Assembly: GCA_003153355.1 (NCBI GenBank)
Contig: PLYH01000003.1
Coordinates: 38,325 to 102,324, forward strand
Reading direction: 5' to 3'
Source: Candidatus Peregrinibacteria bacterium
GTDB taxonomy: Bacteria; Patescibacteriota; Gracilibacteria; UBA1369
DNA: 64,000 bases
The notes beneath the pieces were generated by a model. That model ran no database searches. It was not told the origin of the DNA and was given only the letters and a program-made list of their open reading frames with translations. How positions within the stretch are numbered: position 1 is the first letter of the stretch; each line of letters begins with the position of its first letter. Position numbers and translations under genes: made by a program. Positions 9,593 through 19,966 of this stretch are shown here, piece after piece.

Positions 9593-11289
9593 ACGTTCGA
9601 AGGCCTGAAATCAACCGCACGGAACTGGATCTGGTGGCGGCCTTTCCATTCATTGCGGTCGAGATAGCAGACGATATCCACGCTCGGACTTTGGGCTATC
9701 TGATCTGCAAACTCTCCCAATTTATAGGCGATGGTCGAGAATTTTTTGAAACCTGTCTGCGCCAAAAAAGAAAGGTGATTGCTTTCTTTTCCGACACGTC
9801 TGAGAAAATTATATTTGGCATTTTTCACTAAAAACAACGGCTGTTCGTTGCCGACGCCGAAAGGCTCCATCTGGTCCATGAATTTCATGAGGCTTTCATT
9901 GATGTCATCCGCCTGTATTTCGCAGTCGATGTTCAAAATCGGGTTCGCGTCTTTATCTTTCATAAAATGCGTTTCAGCATACTGTTCCATGTTGCGGACA
10001 AAATCCTCAAGACGGTCTTTGCGGATGTTGAAACCGGCAGCCTGGGCATGCCCGCCGAAGTGTTCAAGATAATCGCGGTTCGCGGTGAGCGCTTCCACGA
10101 CGTTAAAAGTTGCGGGGCAACGCGCCGATGCCACGAGATAGTCGCCGAAGTCCTGAAGAATCATGGCCGGTACGCCGTATTTTTCGGAAATTTTTCCGGC
10201 GATGAGACCAAGAATTCCCACGTGCCAATCCGGACTCCAGGCCACGAAAATTTTGTCGGAACGGCGGCCGGTGTATTGAGTTTCGGCTTCCAGCATGGCT
10301 TTTATGACCATCTGCTGGCGGCTCTGGTTCAGTTTTTCCAAATGTTCCGCGAGTTGTTTCCCTTTTTCTCCGTCTTCGCTCAGTAAAAGCTGAAGCGCAT
10401 AATAAGGATGATCGATGCGGCCGGCGGCGTTGATGCGCGGGCCGATTTTAAAACCGATCGTTCCGATATTGAGTTTTTCTTCGGGCAGAATGCCTGCCTG
10501 ATCTTTTAAATGCTGCAGTCCGCTCCAACGGGTATTTTTCAAAGCTTCCAGTCCGTATTTTACGATGATGCGGTTTTCGTCGCGGATCGGTCCGATGTCC
10601 GCTACAGTTCCAAGACTTGCCAGATCCAATAAAGCGTACAGATACTCTTCGCGTTCTCCTCCTTTAAAATTATCGGTGATGAGGGCTGACGCTAATTTAT
10701 AAGCCACGCCCGCACCAGTCAAACCCTTAAAGGGATATTCACAACCGGGCTGCATCGTATGCAAAATGGCGAAAGCTTTATCGGGCATTTCTTCTGGAAT
10801 GGTGTGATGATCGGTGACAATCACTTCCAGTCCATAGTTGTGGGCAAGTTCGATCTGGCTTTTGCAGGAAATACCGCAGTCCACAGTGATAGCCAGATTC
10901 ACTCCCAGTTTAATGAACTCTTCAATAAAAGCATTGCTCAATCCGTAACCGTCTTTGACGCGGTGGGGCAAACGGTAAGAAACTCTTCCACCCATGATTT
11001 TAAGCGTATTATAAAGAATGGCCGTGCCGCTAATGCCGTCAACGTCATAATCGCCGAAAATCATAATTTTTTCCTGACCGTGCACGGCTTTTTTAATCCG
11101 GGCCACCGCTTTATCCATATCCTTCATCAGGAACGGATTGTGAAAACCTTTTTTATAGTTCGGATATAAATAAGACTGAATCTGTTCCTGTTCAGTGATT
11201 CCCCTGTTGGCGAGGAGTTTTTCAGTGATGCCAAGATTGGGATCCTGGTTTTTTATCTGCCAATCTTTGTTGAGGACCGACATGGTCAT
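9589..11289 (-). CDS. recJ: ssDNA-specific exonuclease RecJ
   Basis: GDYDVDG, TVDCGI, TDHH, LGTVAD, PRINAAGR, GGHAQAAG, MEPFGVGN. Confidence 0.95.
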   Translation of the reverse strand: MTMSVLNKDWQIKNQDPNLGITEKLLANRGITEQEQIQSYLYPNYKKGFHNPFLMKDMDKAVARIKKAVHGQEKIMIFGDYDVDGISGTAILYNTLKIMGGRVSYRLPHRVKDGYGLSNAFIEEFIKLGVNLAITVDCGISCKSQIELAHNYGLEVIVTDHHTIPEEMPDKAFAILHTMQPGCEYPFKGLTGAGVAYKLASALITDNFKGGEREEYLYALLDLASLGTVADIGPIRDENRIIVKYGLEALKNTRWSGLQHLKDQAGILPEEKLNIGTIGFKIGPRINAAGRIDHPYYALQLLLSEDGEKGKQLAEHLEKLNQSRQQMVIKAMLEAETQYTGRRSDKIFVAWSPDWHVGILGLIAGKISEKYGVPAMILQDFGDYLVASARCPATFNVVEALTANRDYLEHFGGHAQAAGFNIRKDRLEDFVRNMEQYAETHFMKDKDANPILNIDCEIQADDINESLMKFMDQMEPFGVGNEQPLFLVKNAKYNFLRRVGKESNHLSFLAQTGFKKFSTIAYKLGEFADQIAQSPSVDIVCYLDRNEWKGRHQIQFRAVDFRPSNV

Positions 11290-12257
11290 TGTGGATTAGG
11301 GATGAGTGCTGTGGGTTGTTTTTGCGCCTGCAGAAATGCTTCAATATCTTCACCTTTCAGCCAGTGGACATCCTGATAATGTCTAAACCACGTTAACTGT
11401 CTTTTGGCATAATTGCGAGTATTTTTTTTGATTTCTTCCACGGCTTCTTCCAGCGTGCAGTTCCCCCTGACATAATTGATGATTTCCTGATAGCCGATCG
11501 AACTCATGGCGGGAATTTTTTCATCAAACCCTTTCATCAATAATGTTTTCACTTCGTTGACCAGACCGCGGTGGACGAGTTCATCGACCCGCCCGTTGAT
11601 GCGTTCATACAAGGTTTCGCGCGGCCATTCGATGCCGACGGAAAAAACTTCAAACAAAGGTTCGGCCTTTTCATCGACCTTGGGAGTGTTGCCCGCGATG
11701 TTGATTTCCAGCGCGCGGATAACGTAGCGCACGTTATTGGGATGAATGCGCGCCGCTGCTTCCGGATCTTTTTCCTGAAGAATTTTGAAGAGCTGATTGG
11801 CTCCGTACTGTTCATAATATTTCTGGAGCTGGAAGCGAAGGTCGTGCTGCGGCGGCACGCGAGGAATCTGATAATTCTGAAGAATGGTATTGAGGTACAG
11901 GCCGGTGCCTCCCGTTAAAATCGGCAGATGACGACGGCGCAGGATCTCTTCGATGGCTTTCATGGCCATGCGCTTGAAATCAGATACGGTAAACTCCTGA
12001 TTGGGCTCGAGTTCGTTCAAAAGATGGTGCGGAGTACCTTCCTGCTGAGCAGGCATTATTTTGTCCGTACCGATGTCCATGTACTTATAAATCTGGCGCG
12101 AGTCCGCGGAAATAATCTCGCCGCCGAACATTTTTGCTACGCAAAGACTCAGTGCGGTTTTCCCCGATGCCGTAGCACCCAAAATCACGACCAGCGGTTT
12201 TTTCCCTTCGGCAGAAGTCCGGTCGATAAATTCGTTGAGTTGTTGGAAAATTTCCAT
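11286..12257 (-). CDS. miaA: tRNA dimethylallyltransferase
   Basis: GATASGKT, SADSRQIY, MDIGTDK, GGTGLY, TRNYAKRQLTWFR. Confidence 0.95.
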   Translation of the reverse strand: MEIFQQLNEFIDRTSAEGKKPLVVILGATASGKTALSLCVAKMFGGEIISADSRQIYKYMDIGTDKIMPAQQEGTPHHLLNELEPNQEFTVSDFKRMAMKAIEEILRRRHLPILTGGTGLYLNTILQNYQIPRVPPQHDLRFQLQKYYEQYGANQLFKILQEKDPEAAARIHPNNVRYVIRALEINIAGNTPKVDEKAEPLFEVFSVGIEWPRETLYERINGRVDELVHRGLVNEVKTLLMKGFDEKIPAMSSIGYQEIINYVRGNCTLEEAVEEIKKNTRNYAKRQLTWFRHYQDVHWLKGEDIEAFLQAQKQPTALIPNPQ

Positions 12258-12353
12258 AATGGCTTCAAGGATGTAAAGTCCTCTGGCACCCCTTTGATAG
12301 CAATTGAGTCTATCGCTAAGTTTATGGTTAAGGCAAGAGCTTGTTAATTAATA

Positions 12354-12382
12354 TTGACGTTAGCCTAAGCTTGGGCTAAATT
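12354..12382 (+). promoter_or_regulatory. promoter of the rplJL operon
   Basis: TTGACG-17 nt-TAAATT. Confidence 0.55.
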
Positions 12383-12390
12383 AGACCAGT

Positions 12391-12505
12391 CATAGACAGC
12401 AGGTGTCCTTGCGAAAGCGAGGTTTAAAACCCGCCGAGACGCACAATCAGCATCAAGAAGCCGTTTTACGGCGATTGAAGTATGGTAAGCGCTCAACTGT
12501 CTATG
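12391..12505 (+). ncRNA. ribosomal protein L10 leader (cis-regulatory RNA)
   Basis: AGACAGCAGG…TTTAAAACCCGCCGAGAC core, closing stem CATAGACAG/CTGTCTATG, directly upstream of rplJ. Confidence 0.8.
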
Positions 12506-12542
12506 GAAGTTGAGTTTTTTATTTTATTTTTTTAACCACCCT

Positions 12543-13085
12543 ATGGCAGTTACAAAAGCTCAAAAAGGAGAGATCCTGAAGCAGCTGGAGGACCACTTTG
12601 CCAAGGCGAAAGCAATTTATTTTGCTCAGAACAAGGGCCTTCAAGTAAAAAAGGTCACTGATCTGCGCAAAAAGCTTCATAAGGAAGGCATCGACCTCGT
12701 TGTTGCCAAAAAAACCCTCATGAAACTCGCAGCCAAGAAGAACAATCTTCCCGATCTCAACGATGAGATGATGGAAGGTGCAATTGCTGCAGCTTTCAGC
12801 TACAAAGATGTCGTCATGCCGGCAAAACTTCTGTACGAATTCTCCAAGGAGAACGAAAATCTCCAACTGCTCGGCGGCGTTGTAGAAGGTAAACTTCTCA
12901 ACAAATCCGAAGCAAAACAGCTCGCAACGCTCCCATCAAGAGAGGAACTCCTGGCGAAGTTGGTCGGCAGCATGAAATCTCCGATCTCCGGTTTCCATGG
13001 CGTACTTTCTGGTGTACTCCGCAAGCTTGTCTATGGCCTTAAAGCGGTCCACGACAAAAAAGCAGCAGCAGGTCCGGCCGCATAA
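12543..13085 (+). CDS. rplJ: 50S ribosomal protein L10
   Basis: MAVTKAQK, VVAKKTL, LATLPSREELLAKL; ATG at 12543. Confidence 0.95.
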   Translation: MAVTKAQKGEILKQLEDHFAKAKAIYFAQNKGLQVKKVTDLRKKLHKEGIDLVVAKKTLMKLAAKKNNLPDLNDEMMEGAIAAAFSYKDVVMPAKLLYEFSKENENLQLLGGVVEGKLLNKSEAKQLATLPSREELLAKLVGSMKSPISGFHGVLSGVLRKLVYGLKAVHDKKAAAGPAA

Positions 13086-13142
13086 TGCGGTTTCAATCGT
13101 TCAAAGTATTTTTTATTTCTCATTTCTTAACTCTATATTCAC

Positions 13143-13538
13143 ATGTCAGACGCAAATCTCAGCAAGGATGCTCAATCTATCCTTGAAATGGTCGAAAAAC
13201 TTTCTGTTCTCGATCTCGCAAACCTCGTAAAAGCAATGGAAGAAAAATTCGGCGTTAGCGCAGCAGCTCCTATGATGATGGCTTCAGCTGGCGGTGCCGC
13301 TGCAGGTGCAGCTGCTGCTGACGAATCAGCTACAGTCACTGTTACTCTCCTTGACGGTGGAGCTCAAAAAATTAACGTGATCAAGGCTGTCCGTGAAGCT
13401 ACAGGACTTGGTCTTAAAGAAGCTAAAGACCTCGTTGACGGTGCTCCAAAGCCAGTGAAGGAAGGTATTCCACGCGATGAAGCTGCTAAACTCAAGACAG
13501 CTCTTGAAGCTGCAGGCGCAAAGGTTGAAGTTAAGTAA
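13143..13538 (+). CDS. rplL: 50S ribosomal protein L7/L12
   Basis: [33 protein letters not shown]. Confidence 0.97.
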   Translation: MSDANLSKDAQSILEMVEKLSVLDLANLVKAMEEKFGVSAAAPMMMASAGGAAAGAAAADESATVTVTLLDGGAQKINVIKAVREATGLGLKEAKDLVDGAPKPVKEGIPRDEAAKLKTALEAAGAKVEVK

Positions 13539-13563
13539 TTCCTTTGTTCTCAAACTGAAGTTC

Positions 13564-13594
13564 AAAAAGACCTCCATTTCCGGAGGTCTTTTTT
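13564..13594 (+). terminator. intrinsic terminator
   Basis: AAAAAGACCTCC-atttcc-GGAGGTCTTTTTT. Confidence 0.85.
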
Positions 13595-13678
13595 GTTTAG
13601 AAATTTTTTAATTTTTTTTTAGAATTCGGTCATGAGTTTTTGATATAAAGAAATTCTCGGATGTTTATCAATACGTTT

Positions 13679-14191
13679 ATGAATCAAAAATTTTCCCTTC
13701 GGAAAATCGGCCCGAAAGAAGCTCCACAGTTTTTTCAGTTACGTCTTTTGGCGCTTAAAACAGACCCGAATGCATTTGTCGCCATTCTGGAAGAGGAAGA
13801 GCAATTATCGCCTGCCGACGTTGAAAATTATCTTCGGAAAAATTACGTAATCGGCGCGTTTACCCAAAACAATCAGCTGCTCGGAACTTTAGTGTACATG
13901 GAACAGGAACGTCAAAAATTCAAACACATCGGCATTCTTGGAGGGATGTATGTTCATCCGGAGTTCCGCGGATGCGGGATCGGGAAAAAACTTCTTGCTT
14001 CAATGCTGCAAAATCTTCAAAAAATCGGGCATCTTTATTCACTGCAGCTAAAAGTCGTGACTGATAATCTTCCCGCCATCAGACTTTATGAATCTGCAGG
14101 ATTTTCGATCTGGGCAACGGAAAAAAACGCACTTCTTCACGGTGGGAATTTCTTTGATCAGCACCATATGGCGCTTCAATTCTTCCCCTAA
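13679..14191 (+). CDS. GNAT family N-acetyltransferase
   Basis: GMYVHPEFRGCGIG acetyl-CoA motif and NLPAIRLYESAGF; start could also be 13661. Confidence 0.9.
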   Translation: MNQKFSLRKIGPKEAPQFFQLRLLALKTDPNAFVAILEEEEQLSPADVENYLRKNYVIGAFTQNNQLLGTLVYMEQERQKFKHIGILGGMYVHPEFRGCGIGKKLLASMLQNLQKIGHLYSLQLKVVTDNLPAIRLYESAGFSIWATEKNALLHGGNFFDQHHMALQFFP

Positions 14192-14332
14192 AGGCTCTTA
14201 AAACGCCCTTGTTTTACACACTCAGCGCCAGCACAGCCGGACGCATCCGCACTCTCCTGTGCTCGGCCTTTACTAAAAACCGAAAATTTGGTAAAATAAT
14301 GAGATAAATTTAAAAATAAAAACAAACACACT

Positions 14333-15991
14333 ATGGCAGATCCTATCAAACTCGATGATTCGGGAAATACTTCCGGCTCATCGCCAAAAATCAATCTCGG
14401 TTCGCCTTCCATCGATAACGGCGGAAGCATGGGCAATATTTTTACCCAGAACCAAGCCAAAAAGGACGATTCAAAAATGATCTCTTCGATCATTTCGCAA
14501 AAGGAAGTTGCGCAAAAAACAAAATCGATCCTCGGTCCCGCTCCAACGCTGGAAAAAACAATCGAGCAGGAAAAAGAGGCTTCACTCAAACGCAAACTTC
14601 GCTTTTATCAGTTTGTTTTCCTGGTGCTCTTCGTTGCATGCGCCGCGATGTCGTTTTATTTTTATTCGGAACTTTCTCCGGATTTTACACTGCTGGGCGC
14701 CAACACGACTCAGCGGTTATCCGACACCAATGACAATCTCCGCCAGGTCCAGACTCAGGTGAGCAAAGACCAATATCTGGCCGCACAGCTTCAACTCAAC
14801 GAATTCAGTTATGAAGCCGACCGGTTTTTCAGCAGCGTTCAGAAAGTGAACGATCCGACGATCAATTCGTTCGATAAACGGACAATTTTCGCGGACCTCG
14901 ATGAATCGCAAAAAGCTCTGCCGGTGTTGCTCGGCAATGTGCGAGACCTTTTGAGCAAAGACATCATTGCACAAACCTATCCGACAGAAAAAGAACCCCA
15001 GCTCGACCAGAACGTGATACTCCAAAACGCTCAAACCGATTTACGAAACGCTTTAAGCGATGAAAAGAAAAAATACGGGCAGAATCCGACCAATGCCCAG
15101 GATATTCAGGATGTAAAATTGATCGATAATGCCATGAAACTTGTCGGCAACATCAACCTGCAGAACGTCCTTCAGGCAACCTCTTCCGACGCTTTACAGA
15201 CACAGTTAAACGATTATGTTCAAAATCCGGATCCTCAAAAATTACAGGCGCTTCAGGATGCGATCGGAAAAATTCTTTCTTCAACCAAAAGCGATCTGGC
15301 GACGATAGCGAACATCAAACAAAGCCGCATTCAGTGGTCAACGATCATCAGCCAAATTAAAGAGGTTACGCTGACGATTGATCCGAATTTTGACCAGCAG
15401 CAATTGTATGATGCGCTGGGAGGAGTCGTCTATACCGGCTACGAATTTGACTCCAACAGCAATAAGATCGTTCTTTCCGGAACAACCAAAACGCTCGACG
15501 GTTCCAATTTTACATTGATGAGTAACCTGATCGATCGTCTGGAAAGCTCGCCATATTTCCAGTCTGTTGATATGCGTTCATTTTCCAAGAGCAAGCCCGC
15601 ATCGGGTTCAGGTTCGGGATACCTGGCAAACTTCAAGATTGATCTGAGTCTGGAACCTCAGGGCACTTCAAATACAAACAACGCTCCGGTAAGCCTTCAA
15701 AATACTTCATCCGCTGCTCAGACCGGAACAAAGCGAACAACAGGCACAGATACTTCAACTCAACAATCAACAGTCGCTCCCGGAGCAGTGACATCGAGCG
15801 AGCAAAGTACATTGAACGGAGCAGCAATCCAGCCTTCTTCCGTGTCGTCTGGAGGATCCGCATCGGCACCGGTCTCGCCAGCTGCACCGACATCAACTGC
15901 GGCTGCGGCTTCGTCTGCTTCCTCACAGCAAACATCTGACTCAGGCGCGTCATCCTCAGTACCTGCGGGGACTCAACAAGTTTCTTCTTAA
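14333..15991 (+). CDS. PilN-like type IV pilus alignment protein, enlarged
   Basis: One TM helix, coiled coil, PilN-like region (IQWSTII…IVLSG…LIDRLESSPYFQSV), S/T/A-rich tail; lies before pilO-like/pilB/pilC. Confidence 0.65.
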   Translation: MADPIKLDDSGNTSGSSPKINLGSPSIDNGGSMGNIFTQNQAKKDDSKMISSIISQKEVAQKTKSILGPAPTLEKTIEQEKEASLKRKLRFYQFVFLVLFVACAAMSFYFYSELSPDFTLLGANTTQRLSDTNDNLRQVQTQVSKDQYLAAQLQLNEFSYEADRFFSSVQKVNDPTINSFDKRTIFADLDESQKALPVLLGNVRDLLSKDIIAQTYPTEKEPQLDQNVILQNAQTDLRNALSDEKKKYGQNPTNAQDIQDVKLIDNAMKLVGNINLQNVLQATSSDALQTQLNDYVQNPDPQKLQALQDAIGKILSSTKSDLATIANIKQSRIQWSTIISQIKEVTLTIDPNFDQQQLYDALGGVVYTGYEFDSNSNKIVLSGTTKTLDGSNFTLMSNLIDRLESSPYFQSVDMRSFSKSKPASGSGSGYLANFKIDLSLEPQGTSNTNNAPVSLQNTSSAAQTGTKRTTGTDTSTQQSTVAPGAVTSSEQSTLNGAAIQPSSVSSGGSASAPVSPAAPTSTAAAASSASSQQTSDSGASSSVPAGTQQVSS

Positions 15992-16009
15992 TTCAATCAG
16001 CATAAAACT

Positions 16010-16693
16010 ATGGCAACAGCTACCCTCCTCAAACGCAATTACGCCAAAAGCATCCGTACGTATATGATGCTCATTCTGGTTACGGCTGCCGTCGGTCTTT
16101 ATTACGGCTATACGCAGTACACGAAACTTTCCGCGGCCCAGGACGCTCTTTCGAAAGAACAGAGCCAAATTACGGATCTGCAAAGTACCGAATCACAAGC
16201 CAGCGCTGATTACACGACTTTAAAGCAGGATTTTGATCAAAAATATTCGGGTATTCTGGATTCGCTCCAGGCCGTTTATCCGCTTCAGGAAAATTATACG
16301 GACCTCACCCGTCTTTTTGATCAGTTTTTCCAAACAAACAATACTTCTTATAATCCTGTTTTTCTGAGCGACCTGAAGTTCGGGGAGCCGCGTTATGACG
16401 CGGCTGTGGATTATGCAGTTCTCCCGGTCACCATGACCATCTCCGGCACTGAAGATAATTTCATGAAATTTCTGCAGTTTGTGGAAAACTCCGGCGTTCT
16501 CGCCGATAAAACACGTTTGATGGATGTCCGTTCCATCAGCATTAACTTTACTTCAAATGCTTCAACGGTTTCACAGAACACCATTCCGGGACAGACTCCG
16601 GCAACGGCCACGCAGCCGATGATCAATGTTTCGGTCGGTCTGAACGCTTACTTCCAGAAACCTTTCCTTCAAACTACTCCGAAGACCTCTTAG
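16010..16693 (+). CDS. PilO-like protein
   Basis: N-terminal TM and coiled coil, LPVTMTISG…FMKFLQFVE…RLMDVRSISI. Confidence 0.7.
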   Translation: MATATLLKRNYAKSIRTYMMLILVTAAVGLYYGYTQYTKLSAAQDALSKEQSQITDLQSTESQASADYTTLKQDFDQKYSGILDSLQAVYPLQENYTDLTRLFDQFFQTNNTSYNPVFLSDLKFGEPRYDAAVDYAVLPVTMTISGTEDNFMKFLQFVENSGVLADKTRLMDVRSISINFTSNASTVSQNTIPGQTPATATQPMINVSVGLNAYFQKPFLQTTPKTS

Positions 16694-16726
16694 TAAACCC
16701 TCAACGGCGCAAGTTCCTCATTTCTT

Positions 16727-17983
16727 ATGGCTGATCAACAGAAATTACAACTCCTTCAAGACGCGATTTTAGCGGGAAATATTCCGCAGCTCGTTTTGAA
16801 CATGATCAGTTATGCTTTGGAACTCCGTGCTTCAGATATTCACGTTGAGCCCGAACAAAATACGATCCGCATCCGCTACCGCGTTGACGGCGTGCTCCGT
16901 CAGATCGTCGAATATCCGCACAATATTCACCCGGCCGTTGTTTCGCGCATTAAGATTATGTCGAACATGAAGATTGATGAACAACGCGTTCCGCAGGACG
17001 GAAGATGTGAAGTAACGACCAAAGACGCACGGGAAATGGATCTGCGCGTTTCAACGCTTCCCACTATTAATGGAGAAAAGATCGTGATGCGTATCCAGGA
17101 CCGCTCAAGAAAAATTCCGGATCTGAGCGAACTCGGCATGCAGGGTAACAGTCTGAAGTTTTTTAAAGAAGCTCTGGAACTGCCGAACGGCATTATTTTA
17201 ACTACCGGTCCAACGGGTTCAGGAAAAACCACCACGATGTATTCGGCACTGGACACTTTGAACCGCATTGAAGTGAACATTCTAACAATTGAAGATCCGG
17301 TGGAAATCCAGATGGACGGTTTGAATCAGAGTCAGGTTCATCCGGACATTGATTATACCTTTGCCAACGGCTTACGTACGGCTTTGCGTCAGGATCCGAA
17401 CATCATCATGGTCGGAGAAATCCGCGACAAGGAAACCATTGATATCGCGATTGAAGCTTCATTGACGGGTCATCTGGTGCTTTCAACCATTCATACGAAC
17501 AGCGCGGTCGAAACCTTAACGCGTATTGATAACATGGGCGTTCAGCCTTTTTTGATGGTTGAGACGATTGAATTGATCATCGCTCAGCGTCTTGTCCGCA
17601 AACTCTGCGACAATTGCAAAATTCCTCAAGACAACGTTCATCCCGACATCATGGCGCTGGTGCAGAAAGCGCTCGAAAATCTTCATTCCACCGATGAAAT
17701 CGGACCGGAAGAGCTCAAGGCCATGAAATTTTATAAAGCCGTGGGCTGTGAACAGTGCGATAAAATCGGTTACCGCGGACGTCTCGGTCTTTATGAAATT
17801 ATGCGCATGAACAATGAAATCCGCAGACTCATCCTTGCCCGCGCTTCTTCCATCGACATTGAAAAAGCCGCACTCAAAAACGGCATGGTCAATCTTGAAC
17901 AGGCCGGAATCATCAAAGCTTTAAAAGGTGAAACGAGTCTGGACGAAGTATACCGCGTCGCAAAACGCATGGAAGAATATTAA
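16727..17983 (+). CDS. pilB: PilB/GspE family assembly ATPase (no N-terminal extension)
   Basis: ASDIHVEP, RVPQDG, GPTGSGKTTT, TIEDPVE, LRQDP, GEIRD, TGHLVLSTIHTN, CxxC pairs. Confidence 0.92.
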   Translation: MADQQKLQLLQDAILAGNIPQLVLNMISYALELRASDIHVEPEQNTIRIRYRVDGVLRQIVEYPHNIHPAVVSRIKIMSNMKIDEQRVPQDGRCEVTTKDAREMDLRVSTLPTINGEKIVMRIQDRSRKIPDLSELGMQGNSLKFFKEALELPNGIILTTGPTGSGKTTTMYSALDTLNRIEVNILTIEDPVEIQMDGLNQSQVHPDIDYTFANGLRTALRQDPNIIMVGEIRDKETIDIAIEASLTGHLVLSTIHTNSAVETLTRIDNMGVQPFLMVETIELIIAQRLVRKLCDNCKIPQDNVHPDIMALVQKALENLHSTDEIGPEELKAMKFYKAVGCEQCDKIGYRGRLGLYEIMRMNNEIRRLILARASSIDIEKAALKNGMVNLEQAGIIKALKGETSLDEVYRVAKRMEEY

Positions 17984-18010
17984 AAATTACGAATTACTAA
18001 TTCAAAGGAT

Positions 18011-19297
18011 ATGCCAGAAAAACAAGCCCAGGGCTTTGGACAAGCAGACAAAGGTCAAACCTTTACCATCAACGGACAGAACGCCGAAGCCGGTTCCGAG
18101 CAGGAAGGTAAACAGATCGTGCTGAATATTGCCCAGACCAGCGGCGGCAAAGTTTTGCTCAGACAAAAAGCCAGCTACGTAAAGTATTCCGGCAATGTTC
18201 TTGTAGATACGTACCGCCGCATAAACGATTTTTTCATTGATCATTCCAGCGTAAAAATCCGCGACAAAGCCACATTTTTCCGTCTGCTGGCCGTGATGAT
18301 TAATTCCGGATTACCTTTGATCAGGTCTTTGCGGACTTTGGCGGTCCAGCAGGCAAAAAGCCCTAAACTTGCGCGCACGCTGTATGAAATGGCCACGGCG
18401 ATCGAAGCCGGAAAAAGCCTTTCAGAAGCCATGTCCGGCTATCCCGAAATTTTCAATGAAGCGCAGGTCGGTATGATCCACGCGGGTGAAGCTTCCGGAC
18501 AATTGAACAAAACCTTACGCGAACTTGCGGAAAGCGTTGAAAAAACAGCAAGTATAACATCAAAAATCCGCGGTGCACTTATTTATCCGGCAGCCATTCT
18601 TGTGCTGCTCGTCATCGTTATTTTTGTGATGATGATTGCGGTTATTCCTCAAATGACCAAACTTTTTGCCCAGACCGGACACGATTTACCTCTGCCGACG
18701 CAAATTCTGATCGCAGTGAGCAATTTCTGTTCCACATACTGGCCGATCGTCCTTTTAGTTTCTACCGCGCTTGTGGTGGGAACCGTTCTCTGGATCCACA
18801 CCCGCACGGGGAAATATATGTGGGATTACATGCTTATTAAACTGCCGATTTTCGGTCAGCTGATTCAAAAAGCCACGCTTTCAAGATTTTCACGCTCGCT
18901 GAGCAGCCTTATGAGCAGCGGCGTTCCTATTATTAAAGCCATCGAAATCACGGCAAATGCCGTAGGCAATGAAGTGTATAAAAGACGCCTGGTTTTAACA
19001 GCAGAAGATATGCGCCGCGGTATTCCGATGGCGGAAAATATGGCTGAAAGTAAACTTTTCCCGACGATGCTCGTAAACATGATCGAAGTCGGCGAACAGA
19101 CCGCCCAGCTGGAAAGCGTCACTTTAAAAGTCGCGGAATTTTACGATGAAGAGGTGGATACGGTCGTAGCAGCCCTGACCAAAGTTATGGAACCCCTTAT
19201 TATAGTTGTCATTGGTATTACGGTAGGCGGGATGGTCGCAGCGATCATGCTTCCGATCATTGAACTTACCAATATTACGGGCGGATTTACTTCATAG
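18011..19297 (+). CDS. pilC: PilC/GspF platform protein
   Basis: GEASGQL, ALIYP, LPLPT, VGEQTAQL, EP motif and three TM segments. Confidence 0.92.
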   Translation: MPEKQAQGFGQADKGQTFTINGQNAEAGSEQEGKQIVLNIAQTSGGKVLLRQKASYVKYSGNVLVDTYRRINDFFIDHSSVKIRDKATFFRLLAVMINSGLPLIRSLRTLAVQQAKSPKLARTLYEMATAIEAGKSLSEAMSGYPEIFNEAQVGMIHAGEASGQLNKTLRELAESVEKTASITSKIRGALIYPAAILVLLVIVIFVMMIAVIPQMTKLFAQTGHDLPLPTQILIAVSNFCSTYWPIVLLVSTALVVGTVLWIHTRTGKYMWDYMLIKLPIFGQLIQKATLSRFSRSLSSLMSSGVPIIKAIEITANAVGNEVYKRRLVLTAEDMRRGIPMAENMAESKLFPTMLVNMIEVGEQTAQLESVTLKVAEFYDEEVDTVVAALTKVMEPLIIVVIGITVGGMVAAIMLPIIELTNITGGFTS

Positions 19298-19396
19298 TTT
19301 CGCTGAGACACTTGATTTTTGAGCCTAAAACATGGTATAGTATATGGAAAGAAGAGAAATTTAATTTTACAAATAATAAATATTAACCCAAAAAAA

Positions 19397-19915
19397 ATGA
19401 CAAATCCTCACTCCCTGAAAGGTTTTACCCTCATTGAACTTTTGATCGTTATTACGATCATCGGTATCTTGGCTGTTGCGCTTTTACCATCGGTACTCGG
19501 AGCTCCGGCACGCGCCCGTGATGCTGCACGCAAGGCTGATTTGAATAACATTATTGCGGGACTTGAAACCTACGACAGTGACCACCAAGGTTATCCAGCT
19601 GCTGTTAGCCCAACTGGAGATTGCGTACAGGATATGGCAGGTATTGCAAATTATTTCCAAGGCGGAAAAGCACCGGTTGATCCTCAAGGTAAAGGTCTTA
19701 AAACATGTACAGGAGCACCTTTAACTGGCAGTTATGTTTATTGCCAACTTTCAGGCAATCCGGCAAATTATGTCATTATTGCACAAATGGAAGTTCAGGG
19801 AGATGCGAACAGCACTACTCTTGCAGCACCTTTATCTTGCAGCTCTACTGGAACAGCTCCGGCATTGGTTACTCCAACTTCTGCTGCTCCTTGGTATTAT
19901 ATTTTAACGAAGTAA
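19397..19915 (+). CDS. type IV pilin (probable major pilin)
   Basis: KG|FTLIELLIVITIIGILA prepilin cleavage motif, ARDAARKADL, four Cys; ATG at 19397; has its own terminator. Confidence 0.9.
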   Translation: MTNPHSLKGFTLIELLIVITIIGILAVALLPSVLGAPARARDAARKADLNNIIAGLETYDSDHQGYPAAVSPTGDCVQDMAGIANYFQGGKAPVDPQGKGLKTCTGAPLTGSYVYCQLSGNPANYVIIAQMEVQGDANSTTLAAPLSCSSTGTAPALVTPTSAAPWYYILTK

Positions 19916-19932
19916 TTCTTCCTTCGATTCCT

Positions 19933-19960
19933 AAAGCCCCGCATTCGGCGGGGCTTTTTT
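19933..19960 (+). terminator. intrinsic terminator
   Basis: AAAGCCCCGC-attcg-GCGGGGCTTTTTT. Confidence 0.85.
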
Positions 19961-19966
19961 GTTGTC

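Noticed and set aside
11286..12257. Genetic code 25 (TGA=Gly) as in Gracilibacteria
   Set aside because: Conserved genes contain no in-frame TGA, and miaA ends at a TGA overlapping the recJ start.
12543..13538. rplJL not followed by rpoB, and recF away from dnaA/gyrB
   Set aside because: Such gene-order rearrangements are common and are not evidence of a novel system.
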